Origin: Candidatus Heimdallarchaeota archaeon | Lineage (GTDB): Archaea > Asgardarchaeota > Heimdallarchaeia > JABLTI01 | Reading direction: 5' to 3' | DNA length: 64,000 bases | Assembly: GCA_019058275.1 (NCBI GenBank) | Contig: JAHLVW010000062.1 | Location: 1-64,000 of the forward strand | Shown: positions 28,581-38,060 of the stretch, in pieces | Layout of the letters: each line of letters begins with the position of its first letter | Position numbering within the stretch: position 1 is the first letter of the stretch | The notes under the pieces: model-generated | Seen by the model: only the letters and a program-made list of their open reading frames with translations | Told to the model about the DNA's origin: nothing | Database searches by the model: none | Translations under genes and position numbers: made by a program

Positions 28581-29528
28581 CTAGTACCTTGTGCCTTCTT
28601 CAATTGTTAGGAAGTATAACATTAATGCTACAGCAAGTAAATCTGCGCAACCACCAGGACTAATATTTTGTTCTATAAATTTCAGATCAAGATCTTTAAC
28701 TCGTTCCATCCAAGAATCACTATATGCATCTTCACTTAGAACCAATTTATTTGCTTCACTTCTTACCCAAGTTAATGACTCTGAACCATGTCGGGCTAAT
28801 ATATTAGTATCATCAACTCGAGTCATTAGAAATAGTAAAGCCATAATCATGCCCTTTTCAATTGGTATTTTGGAGTCTATAGCTTTTTGAATTACTTGGT
28901 AAGCAGTATCAGCATTCGGAAATCCGTGTTCAGCTTCTCCTCTAACACCTGTAATGCCTTGGTCTAAGAAAATCCATTCACCAGCTGATATCTTCTTTTC
29001 ATTCTTATCCATTTGAATGAGCTCTCTTTGAACAATTCCTTTAGTCATTTCTTGTACTATTGCTAGAATTCTAATAACTTTAGGTGTACCAGTTTCACGA
29101 GCAGAGAGATAACCTGCTGCAGCAGCTATTAGCATTCCACTAAAAATTAATCCCTTTTGTGTATTAACTTTGTTTGTTGCTAAGAACATCTCTTCCTCTG
29201 CTGATAAACCAATCGACCTTAATTTTGGCAATAAATCAATTAACTCGCCACGATGTTCAATTGCAAATTGAGCTGCAACTGCCATGAAATGAGATATAGC
29301 TGCTGAACTAATCATGTAAGTACTAATATCCATATCTTTGTGGGAGCCAGGATTATTTCTGTCAACTAATCCAGGCTTAGGAGTGCAAATTGCTTCTAAC
29401 AATATTGCTTTTGTTATTTGTGAACCAATCTTAAATGCAATGGGTTGGATTATCATACCTTTCATGTATTTTGTTCTTGCAGTATTATCATATGCTATTC
29501 TATCTGACATTATTATCAACTCAATCAT
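28581..29528 (-). CDS. citG: Triphosphoribosyl-dephospho-CoA synthase
   Basis: TPKPGLVD, GSHKDM, VNTQKG, GVRGEA, DTN..RHG, SPGGCADL. Confidence 0.93.
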   Translation of the reverse strand: MIELIIMSDRIAYDNTARTKYMKGMIIQPIAFKIGSQITKAILLEAICTPKPGLVDRNNPGSHKDMDISTYMISSAAISHFMAVAAQFAIEHRGELIDLLPKLRSIGLSAEEEMFLATNKVNTQKGLIFSGMLIAAAAGYLSARETGTPKVIRILAIVQEMTKGIVQRELIQMDKNEKKISAGEWIFLDQGITGVRGEAEHGFPNADTAYQVIQKAIDSKIPIEKGMIMALLFLMTRVDDTNILARHGSESLTWVRSEANKLVLSEDAYSDSWMERVKDLDLKFIEQNISPGGCADLLAVALMLYFLTIEEGTRY

Positions 29529-29732
29529 GAAATGTTAAGTGAATGCTTCTTAACATTTTTTTCTTTTTAGATTAAAATAATGTTGGTTTTATTTGTATAT
29601 TAAACTAAAATTCTCAACCTAATAAATAGAATGGAATGAAAAAATGAAACCGTAATAAAATAAACTTAAATGCTCAGTAATTCTTTAGTATAACATTAAT
29701 TATATGATATTATCTGTAATTTTTAACCAATT

Positions 29733-32327
29733 GTGAGAATAGAGGAATTAGACATGAAAAAGCAATTAGCTATTAAATTGCTACTACTTATAGTTTTTAA
29801 CACTTTGTTTATTCCTCTTATGTATCAAAATGAAACATCTTTGAAAATATTCACAGAAAAAAAGGCTATACCAAATCATAATGAATTTGCTTTAGCACAA
29901 GCAACAAATGAAGTTAGTTTGTATGAGTACTCACGATTAGATGATGATGGTGGGAGAGTAAGAGGTGTTACAATACAGAATGATTTAGCATTCGTAGCAA
30001 ATGAAGAACAAGGATTAGAAATATTAGATGTATCTAATCCAACTCAACCAACAAAAATATCCTCAATAAAAACAAAAGGTTTTGCGAGAGATGTTCTTGT
30101 ATTGAATAATTTTTCTTATGTCGCACAACTTTCTAGAGGTGTTGCAGTAATCAATGTTGAAAATCCTCATAAACCAGTTTATATAAAAAACATCTTGAAT
30201 GATACAACTGTATTAGAAATAGACTTTTACAGAAATCTGCTTTATATAATCACTACAAATGGTCTCTATACTTATGAAGTAAGCAATCCTTTTGAGCCAT
30301 TATTTATTTCCCACTGGGAACGTTCGCCAAGTTATTCAAGCAGTTACACAGGTGTAAGTGTTGTGTATAAGTATGTATGTCTTTCAAACGAATTAACTGG
30401 ATTAGAAATTGTTGATATGACTTTTACCTCAAATCCAACTTTAATAGGAACTTGGAAAGGTTCAACAGGAAAAGGATCTGGTGTTTTCACTACTTACATT
30501 GGGGAAAAGACGATAGCTTTTTTGGCAAATGAGTACAGTGGTTTAGAAGTAATCGATTATACTGATCCTCAAGCACCTACAAAAATTGGTAATTATGATG
30601 TCTTAGGAAAAATAATAGATGTATTTGTAAAAAATAACATTGCATACTGTTGTAAGTATAATTTAGGATTAGTTTTATTAGATGTCTCTGATCCTTCCAA
30701 TCCTGTTGAACAAGATAGTTATGATACAGATGACTCTTGTTTAGATGTTTGGGTTTTTGGTAACTATGCTTTTGCAGCTGATGATGAAAATGGTTTACTA
30801 ATATTAAGAATAAGTAATCCAACAAGCATCTATAAGGTAGCAGAATATTTCGATCATGGTTCAGCATCAAGAGTAGTTGTTGAAGGAGATTTAGTTTATT
30901 TAGTAGATGAAAGTGCAGGTTTAGAGATTATTGATATATCTGATCCTGAAAATCCAATTAAAATTGGTCAATATGATGAAGACGATATAAACGTTAAAGA
31001 TGTCACAATTGTAGATAATTTAGCAATAGTCTCTGCTCTTGATTTAGGGATTTATTTCCTAGATATTTCTGATAAAACAAATCCCACAAAAATAGCTTCT
31101 TATGTAGATGGTAAGGTATTTGTTAGAACTATCGCGAAAGGTGATTTGGTTTTTGCAGGATCGTTGCAAACATCTTCTATTTTAGTATTGAATATTTCAA
31201 ATTTACCAACAATTAATGTTGAAGGGGAATACATTTTTTCAACACCAGAAACTAGTGTTAATGCTTTGGAAATAGATGATAATATTCTAATCGCTGGATC
31301 AGATAAAGAAGGAGTCACATTACTAAACATAACAGATCTGTCAAATATAACTCTAGTTGTTAGTTATGATATAGGACTTGTAAACGATTTTTGTCGAAAT
31401 GAAGATGTATTATTCACAGCAAATCAGAATAACAATTTGACAATATTTAATGTAAGTAATAATAACATTACAAAGGTAAGTGAAATTGATATTGGAGGTA
31501 TTGCTGAAGAGCTAACCATTTCAAACGATATTGCTTATATTGCAATAAGATATAATGGAATAAAAATCGTAAATGTCTCTTATATAAATAATCCTGAAAA
31601 AGCAGGCGAATATCAGGAAATTTATTGTTTTGGAATAAAGACATATAGGCAGTATGTAATTACTGGAGCTCAAGATGAAGGACTCAGGTTGTTTGCTTTA
31701 GATTCAGATAGCGATTTAATAACAGATGCAGATGAATTAGAAATATGGGGAACGGATCCGTATGATGAGGATACAGATGGTGATTTGATTCCTGATGGAT
31801 TTGAAGCTTACAATCAATTAGATCCTTTAGATTCATCTGATAAATGGGAAGATCCTGACCAAGATGATTTAACAAATTTTGGAGAATACATACAGAAATT
31901 CAATAAAGATTTTGGTGGTTCAACTGATCCTCAAAATCCTGATACAGATTTTGATTTAATGCCTGATGGATGGGAGGTCGAAAATGACATCAATCCATTG
32001 GAACAAAATGCTGACAAGGACTATGATTTTGATTATCTAACTAATTATGAGGAATATCTTTTTGGAACTGATCCTCAAAATCCTGATACAGATGGTGACG
32101 GTGCCAAAGATGGTATTGAAATTCTCTATAATACAGATCCTCTCAATCCGAAAGATAATCCTGCAAGAAACAGACTAATTCGATTTATCATAGTTCTTGT
32201 TTCAGCTTTTTTACTTATTGCAGGTGGCTCATTTTTACTCGTTAGATATATCAAAAAACGCATTACTAGAAATCTTGAACGTGATCGACGCATACAAGAA
32301 TCAGAAGACGATGTATTGATTTTCTAA
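29733..32327 (+). CDS. Surface protein: LVIVD-repeat beta-propellers, TSP3-like Ca-binding repeats, C-terminal TM and short tail
   Basis: Repeated GL.I.D.S.P..P units; D.D.D...DG.E....DP repeats; TM FIIVLVSAFLLIAGGSFLLV; likely start ATG 29754. Confidence 0.88.
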   Translation: MRIEELDMKKQLAIKLLLLIVFNTLFIPLMYQNETSLKIFTEKKAIPNHNEFALAQATNEVSLYEYSRLDDDGGRVRGVTIQNDLAFVANEEQGLEILDVSNPTQPTKISSIKTKGFARDVLVLNNFSYVAQLSRGVAVINVENPHKPVYIKNILNDTTVLEIDFYRNLLYIITTNGLYTYEVSNPFEPLFISHWERSPSYSSSYTGVSVVYKYVCLSNELTGLEIVDMTFTSNPTLIGTWKGSTGKGSGVFTTYIGEKTIAFLANEYSGLEVIDYTDPQAPTKIGNYDVLGKIIDVFVKNNIAYCCKYNLGLVLLDVSDPSNPVEQDSYDTDDSCLDVWVFGNYAFAADDENGLLILRISNPTSIYKVAEYFDHGSASRVVVEGDLVYLVDESAGLEIIDISDPENPIKIGQYDEDDINVKDVTIVDNLAIVSALDLGIYFLDISDKTNPTKIASYVDGKVFVRTIAKGDLVFAGSLQTSSILVLNISNLPTINVEGEYIFSTPETSVNALEIDDNILIAGSDKEGVTLLNITDLSNITLVVSYDIGLVNDFCRNEDVLFTANQNNNLTIFNVSNNNITKVSEIDIGGIAEELTISNDIAYIAIRYNGIKIVNVSYINNPEKAGEYQEIYCFGIKTYRQYVITGAQDEGLRLFALDSDSDLITDADELEIWGTDPYDEDTDGDLIPDGFEAYNQLDPLDSSDKWEDPDQDDLTNFGEYIQKFNKDFGGSTDPQNPDTDFDLMPDGWEVENDINPLEQNADKDYDFDYLTNYEEYLFGTDPQNPDTDGDGAKDGIEILYNTDPLNPKDNPARNRLIRFIIVLVSAFLLIAGGSFLLVRYIKKRITRNLERDRRIQESEDDVLIF

Positions 32328-32472
32328 CATTTCCTTAGTTTCTTATTTAGATTCCTTTTTAGATATGATTAGGTACAAATTCTATTGCAGCAGATTTCAA
32401 TTGCCCTAAATGAAATCTTTTTATCACAGAATAAAATATTAAGAAATAGATTTAGATAAAGGTTGGCACCAA

Positions 32473-34881
32473 ATGTCGGAAGAAGACTATTATATTGATA
32501 TCCTTAAAGACGAGGAGGAAAAAGAACCTAAAAAACAAGAAGAATTTTCATGGGGTTCTGAATCTCAACCTTATGAGGAGAAACAACCTGATTATTCTCA
32601 ACAGGATTACTCCCAAGAGGAGCAACCATATCAACGGGAATTCTATGGTGAAGGTTATTATCAAGATTACGAAGCTGCTAGAAGACCTACAGATGAGAAA
32701 GGAACTCCTTGGTTCTGGATTGGCATACTCATAGGTATTGGTGTTTCAGCAGTTGTAATGGTTATTTTCAATTTCACTGGGACTTCTTTTCATCCAGGTT
32801 TAGCTTTTCTTGAAATAATACTATTATTAGTTTGTTGTATGTTACCAGGTCTCTTTGTTAGGAAAATAGGTAAGGGTATTCTAGGTGGATTAATGATTTT
32901 TGGTTTGCAATTCTTTGTACCATTAATTGTTTTCTATGCAACAGGTCAAAATCCAACTTCACTTTTCAGTCCATATTTAATATTCCTAAATGCTTTAGGA
33001 TTAATTAAAATGGGTATCAAAGACATCTTTGGATTCAGTTTTGTCCCCATAACTCCAGAGATAGAAGGTTATTATAACCAATATTCTGGTTATGCAACTT
33101 TCGTTTGGGTATTTGATTTGTTAATTATGTTTGGTATTATGATTACCCTAGTGATTGCTAGCTCTTGGATGTTCACAAATCTTTTCACTGATAAAGCTAA
33201 GAGCTTTTGGACATGGTGTTTACTGCCAGGACAAGCAATTTTTATTATTCTTAATCTAATTGTAGTTCCATGGATACTCCTATGTTTTTCAAGTACGATT
33301 CAAACAGGTGGAGCTTTAGCTGCAGGTGCAGCCAATGTTGCAGAAGCTGGTATGCCAATTATTCAAGGTAATATAACAGACTTTGAAAGCATTAACTTCG
33401 ATGATATTCTAACTCTATTCGATCGTGCTGATGAATGGTTTGAAATTGCTAGAGGAAATTATGATGGACTAAATTCATTACTATTCTTCAGGTTATTGAC
33501 AGCGGTTTCTGGACCGTATGGGTTTGCAGTAGATATATTCAATCTGACGATAGCAGCTGGTTTTGAGTTACTAGCAGCTTTAAATCCACTTGCACATGGT
33601 TTATTTGATAATACCAATACATCTGAAAATGCTGAAGTAGATGGATTCTATTATCAATTTCAAGATTTCATGGAAATATATGATACTTTTCCTGAGATGT
33701 TCAACTTTACTGGTGGTGGAGGTAAGCCAACTGAAACCCATTTGAGTAACACCGAAGCTGAAGTTGATGGAATAATTGATAATGTTGATATCTTACTAAA
33801 CACCCATATTGTAGATGTTCTTGATCATATAATCAAAGCTGAAGAAATTTTGTTATCAATTGATCCTGATGATTTGAGAAATGTGGGTGGAAATGCACAA
33901 GTACAAACTGTTCTCAATCAAGTTGCTGATCAACTTGATATGATTATGAATGTAACAAAAGAGTATGCTGCTTTAGCTCCACTTGCTGTTGATCTATTAA
34001 TGGAAAGTCCACATATAATTAAAGCCATGTTGAATATGCTCATAGGAAATGTTCGATTACTTATGGGTTGGCAATTCACTTTAAGTCAGCAATACTTCTA
34101 TAATGCTTCAGCAGAGCTTGAAACCATTAATGCAATTTTTAATTCAGATAGAAGATTAGAAGTTGAAGAATCTGGTTCAAAAACAGCTATGGGTTTCTTT
34201 GATTTTATGAATGATACATTAACAATGGCAAATCCAACAATTATGCTTGAAGGAGATCTAGCACAAATGTTGGGTGGAATAGTACATGCTTTAGATGAAT
34301 ATGAAACAAATCCTGATCCATTGATTGATGAATGTGATTTTGATCTAGTAAACTTTACAAGAGTCTTTGAAATAATGGACGAAGCAACTATTTTCAGTGA
34401 TTTAGGTGTACAACATGGTAATCTTGCAGCATATATGATTGATGTAATCAATAATCGTGCTAATCAATCAGATTACTCAATTATGAGTGGTCCAGCTCAA
34501 ATGATGACAGATTCTTTAGCAACTGCATTTCAACCAGCTGAATTTGCACAAGTAATGAGCAATATGACAAGAGCAGTAAATCACACATATGCACTTGGAT
34601 ACCATGTCTGGAACAATGATTCAACAGGATTTAACCAATCATTAGCAATTGCTCAAAGTAATATTGACGCTGCTTTGACAGTAGTAGATGAAAATCCTGA
34701 TACACCAGTTTATGCACTAAGAGAATTTCTGATAGTTTACAACAATTCAATTTCTGATATAAGAGATACAGTCGAACCACACTATGCGAATCTAAAACTT
34801 GCAGAAGGATTAATTGAAGTTATATTCTTAAACTTATGGAATATGATTCATGAAATTGTTGATGAAGGTCTACCACCGTAA
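32473..34881 (+). CDS. Large membrane protein: acidic Y/Q/E tail, TM bundle, long helical domain
   Basis: Low-complexity N-terminus, 5-6 TM helices, many N-x-S/T sequons in the C-terminal half. Confidence 0.75.
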   Translation: MSEEDYYIDILKDEEEKEPKKQEEFSWGSESQPYEEKQPDYSQQDYSQEEQPYQREFYGEGYYQDYEAARRPTDEKGTPWFWIGILIGIGVSAVVMVIFNFTGTSFHPGLAFLEIILLLVCCMLPGLFVRKIGKGILGGLMIFGLQFFVPLIVFYATGQNPTSLFSPYLIFLNALGLIKMGIKDIFGFSFVPITPEIEGYYNQYSGYATFVWVFDLLIMFGIMITLVIASSWMFTNLFTDKAKSFWTWCLLPGQAIFIILNLIVVPWILLCFSSTIQTGGALAAGAANVAEAGMPIIQGNITDFESINFDDILTLFDRADEWFEIARGNYDGLNSLLFFRLLTAVSGPYGFAVDIFNLTIAAGFELLAALNPLAHGLFDNTNTSENAEVDGFYYQFQDFMEIYDTFPEMFNFTGGGGKPTETHLSNTEAEVDGIIDNVDILLNTHIVDVLDHIIKAEEILLSIDPDDLRNVGGNAQVQTVLNQVADQLDMIMNVTKEYAALAPLAVDLLMESPHIIKAMLNMLIGNVRLLMGWQFTLSQQYFYNASAELETINAIFNSDRRLEVEESGSKTAMGFFDFMNDTLTMANPTIMLEGDLAQMLGGIVHALDEYETNPDPLIDECDFDLVNFTRVFEIMDEATIFSDLGVQHGNLAAYMIDVINNRANQSDYSIMSGPAQMMTDSLATAFQPAEFAQVMSNMTRAVNHTYALGYHVWNNDSTGFNQSLAIAQSNIDAALTVVDENPDTPVYALREFLIVYNNSISDIRDTVEPHYANLKLAEGLIEVIFLNLWNMIHEIVDEGLPP

Positions 34882-34896
34882 TAACACAAAGTAATG

Positions 34897-34932
34897 AAGC
34901 AATCTCTGATTGCTTTTCTTTCTTTTATTTTT
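34897..34932 (+). terminator. 8-bp hairpin plus T tract
   Basis: AAGCAATC-TCT-GATTGCTT followed by TTCTTTCTTTT. Confidence 0.55.
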
Positions 34933-35237
34933 TAAAAAATAACTCTAAAGCTATTGAAATTTTCTAATTTATTTGCCCATTTCACTTGAACATCGGATAC
35001 ATCAGAAGCTGGTGATCCTTCATTTCTAAGCCATTTAATAAACTGATAAATTTGTATTTGAGTACCTTCCACAATAATCTCTACATCTCCGTTTGATAAG
35101 TTACGAACGTATCCTACGAGTCCTAAGCTTGATGCTCTTCTTCGTGTATAAGCTCGAAAGGAAACTCCTTGAACTAAACCTTTCACAATTATATTGGCTC
35201 TTTTGATTAATGTTTCAGTCAAAAAATCACTTCTCAT
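34932..35237 (-). CDS. acyP: Acylphosphatase
   Basis: GLVQGVSFR, GYVRNL..G.VE, GSP. Confidence 0.93.
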   Translation of the reverse strand: MRSDFLTETLIKRANIIVKGLVQGVSFRAYTRRRASSLGLVGYVRNLSNGDVEIIVEGTQIQIYQFIKWLRNEGSPASDVSDVQVKWANKLENFNSFRVIF

Positions 35238-35306
35238 ATCAATATCAGAACATCTTTTTCCTAACTTGTGTAAAATCTAAGTTCTTATAAATTTTTTAGC
35301 TTCCAA

Positions 35307-36641
35307 ATGTCCTTTCATAAACATTTTTTAGGTTCTACAGCTAAGATTAAACTAGTAATTTATTTAATAGGAATGGGATTTATACTGAAACAAAAAAGAG
35401 GCGTCTGTTTAGTTATCTTTGATGATAAACAAGGACCAGGTTGCCTTTATCATGAAGGTCTAGATTTTACCTTTGCGGAAAAAGTATGTGTAAAATCACA
35501 TTTAAGTACTATGTCCTTATCCTCTGCATCTAATTTGAAACAAGAGGAATATATCGAGTCAGTTATACCTTTTCTTGATGAAGGATACGTTGCTTATTCT
35601 ACATATTTTTTTGTTAATGATCACACAGCAAGAGGCAGAAGGAGAGCACTAGGTATTGTCACTCTTGTTGATCGCTCTGAACAATTATCTCTCTATAAAT
35701 CAATTCCGGAAATCTCTGCAACAATAAAAGATATAGCGAGTGAGCTAATAAAAATTGGTGACCCAAAAAATAATGTACCTGATGCAATTAAAGATCGTTT
35801 GAACCAACTAATACATTTTACACAATTATCTGTTGATTTTGATGTCTCAAATGATTCAATAAGTTTAATTAAAGAACGAATGAAAGAAGAAAAAATTACA
35901 CTAAAAGAATCTTCAACTGAATTTGATACTAGTACAGTTACAGAAGGTAGTTTTGAATTTCTACTAAACAGAGTTCCTAAAGGTTTAGACCGAGTAATCT
36001 TTGCTCTACTAAAAAATGAAAGAGTTCTTGTTTTTGGAGAGAAAGAAGAAATAGCTATTTCCCTAGCTACTTTACGTTGGTTTCTTCCTCATAAAAAGCT
36101 CTATAATGATTTGTGGACTGTTCCTTTAATGGATGCAGAAGCACTTTTCTCTAGAAGCAGTGACAGTACAACTTTGCATGTTTTAGGAATTGAAAGTGAC
36201 AGTTTTTATGAAATCCTACAACTAGACAATAATATTCCTGAATCATCTAGTTCAGAATTCATAGATAATGAAAAGTATTACAATAAAAAACTTCCAATTG
36301 ATAGTAAAGTGATTATCAATTTAGATGGCGGGAGAGTAATTGGTGGAATTTCAAATCGATTCTGCAATAAGCTTCTAGAGACCATTAATGTGGAAAATTT
36401 TGCAAAAGCTCCAGATATAATCTCTGAGCATATTGATTATTTAATAGGACGAGTAAATGATCTAACAAGTCTGTTTTTGAATGACCCCTCAAAAGAAGAA
36501 CTAGAACAATTTATTTCTAACTCAATTGAAGGTGAAATCTCATTAATAATGACAATAATTAATGAAACAAATACTGGATTGCTTGAAAAAATTATTAATG
36601 TGTTTTCAAACTACCAGTTACCTTTAGAGGTTCTCTTCTAA
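35307..36641 (+). CDS. DENN-like protein (uDENN/longin plus cDENN)
   Basis: CLVIFDDKQGP longin-type start; D..ARG..R; IFALLKNERVLVFG cDENN-like segment; real start probably near 35385. Confidence 0.6.
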   Translation: MSFHKHFLGSTAKIKLVIYLIGMGFILKQKRGVCLVIFDDKQGPGCLYHEGLDFTFAEKVCVKSHLSTMSLSSASNLKQEEYIESVIPFLDEGYVAYSTYFFVNDHTARGRRRALGIVTLVDRSEQLSLYKSIPEISATIKDIASELIKIGDPKNNVPDAIKDRLNQLIHFTQLSVDFDVSNDSISLIKERMKEEKITLKESSTEFDTSTVTEGSFEFLLNRVPKGLDRVIFALLKNERVLVFGEKEEIAISLATLRWFLPHKKLYNDLWTVPLMDAEALFSRSSDSTTLHVLGIESDSFYEILQLDNNIPESSSSEFIDNEKYYNKKLPIDSKVIINLDGGRVIGGISNRFCNKLLETINVENFAKAPDIISEHIDYLIGRVNDLTSLFLNDPSKEELEQFISNSIEGEISLIMTIINETNTGLLEKIINVFSNYQLPLEVLF

Positions 36642-37013
36642 CACGGTCTGTCCCTTTACAACTGAATCAATTAGTGTTAAGATAGCTTTTACAGAGAATG
36701 GTTTAATTAGATAACCTATTGCTCCCATTATGAGAGCTTTCTTCCTAGCACTTTCATCTGCACTAACAAAAATAACTTTAATGTTTTTATCAATTACCAA
36801 CAATTCTTGTAGTGCTGTCACACCATCTTTCACAGGCATTCTATGATCCATAATAACAAGCTCTGGCCATTCATTTATTGGATCTTTAAAATAGTCCACT
36901 GCTTCTTGACCATCTATAGCAGTATGAATAATTGTATGTCCCTTTAAATTGAGTATTTCTCGAAGTATCTCCTGAATTACTACCATATCGTCTACGATCA
37001 TTATTTTTGCCAT
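36624..37013 (-). CDS. Single-domain response regulator (CheY-like receiver)
   Basis: IMIVDD, MDHRMP..DG, VSA, KPF. Confidence 0.93.
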   Translation of the reverse strand: MAKIMIVDDMVVIQEILREILNLKGHTIIHTAIDGQEAVDYFKDPINEWPELVIMDHRMPVKDGVTALQELLVIDKNIKVIFVSADESARKKALIMGAIGYLIKPFSVKAILTLIDSVVKGQTVLEENL

Positions 37014-37232
37014 TAGTTACAACTCAATCTTATGATATACTGTGATTGTAGTTTCGAATTTGCTGTAAGTACATCCTATTGCGCTCGAAGTAAGATGCTA
37101 TTACGACCTACAGAGGTATTATTTTTTCATCGAACCTATTCTTATTATTAGTAACTCACTTAAAAAAAATATTGAATCATGCAAAGTCGAGTAATTTTAA
37201 TATTTTATTAAATCAGCTTAGTATAAGTAAAG

Positions 37233-37314
37233 TAAAGAGATGGGGAAAAGGTTAGTTGGTAACACCCATCTCTTTATTATTAAAACTTTATCAGGGGATG
37301 CTGATAAAGTTTTA
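37233..37314. repeat. Two adjacent long inverted repeats (12-bp and 14-bp stems)
   Basis: TAAAGAGATGGG...CCCATCTCTTTA (37233-37276); TAAAACTTTATCAG-GGGATG-CTGATAAAGTTTTA (37281-37314). Confidence 0.85.
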
Positions 37315-37544
37315 TGCTGCATATTGAGTTGAGAATATTAGCGTTATTTTTTGGTGAACAATAATGTTCTAATTTTCAAGTTAAATCTGTTTTAATTTTT
37401 TCGCCAAATTATCTCTTGACTAAGTAATGAGTTTGTTAATAAAAAAGCGTTTTAGAGAATTTATACCTAGTATCTAGTAAATCTATCCGCACATTAATTA
37501 TGAGAAAAAGAACAAAGAGAAAAAATCTAGTTTCTTCTGAAAAA

Positions 37545-38060
37545 CTACTTTTCTTCCAGTTTTTGTTTTGAATACTCTAAAAGACCTCCAGCTTTAAATA
37601 TGCTGAGTGCTTCTCTTTTTAATGATGGGAATTTGAAGTTTTTCTCTTTAATTGAAACTGTTCCTTCTACTAGATCAACTTCAATTTTTTCATCTTTCAG
37701 AGATTCTTTATTTTCAAAAATAAACGCAGCTGCTTGTGGGCATTGAAGCAATGGAAAAGCATTATTTATTGCATTTCGATAGAATATACGACCAAATGAT
37801 ACACCAACTACTGCTGCAACACCTACTGCTTTCAAACAAGTAACTGCCTGTTCTCGAGATGATCCTGATCCAAAATTCTTGCCTGTTATGAGTATATCTC
37901 CTTTCTTCACTTCTTTTGCAAATGTTGGAAGATAATCCTCCATAGCATGTTCAGCCATTTGTTCAGGTGTTAAGGGATCATAAGTATATTTACCTGGAAA
38001 GATTTGGTCTGTGTTAATATTCTTATCTTCAAATATCCACATTCTACCTGTAAATTTCAT
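37545..38060 (-). CDS. leuD: 3-isopropylmalate dehydratase / homoaconitase small subunit
   Basis: NINTDQIFPG, NFGSGSSREQA, SFGRIFYRNAIN, GGL. Confidence 0.88.
   Translation of the reverse strand: MKFTGRMWIFEDKNINTDQIFPGKYTYDPLTPEQMAEHAMEDYLPTFAKEVKKGDILITGKNFGSGSSREQAVTCLKAVGVAAVVGVSFGRIFYRNAINNAFPLLQCPQAAAFIFENKESLKDEKIEVDLVEGTVSIKEKNFKFPSLKREALSIFKAGGLLEYSKQKLEEK

Noticed and set aside
31700-32160. DNA repeats such as ACTGATCCTCAAAATCCTGATACAGAT as a possible CRISPR array
   Set aside because: They are in-frame coding repeats (TSP3-like Ca-binding motifs) with no repeat-spacer regularity and no cas genes.
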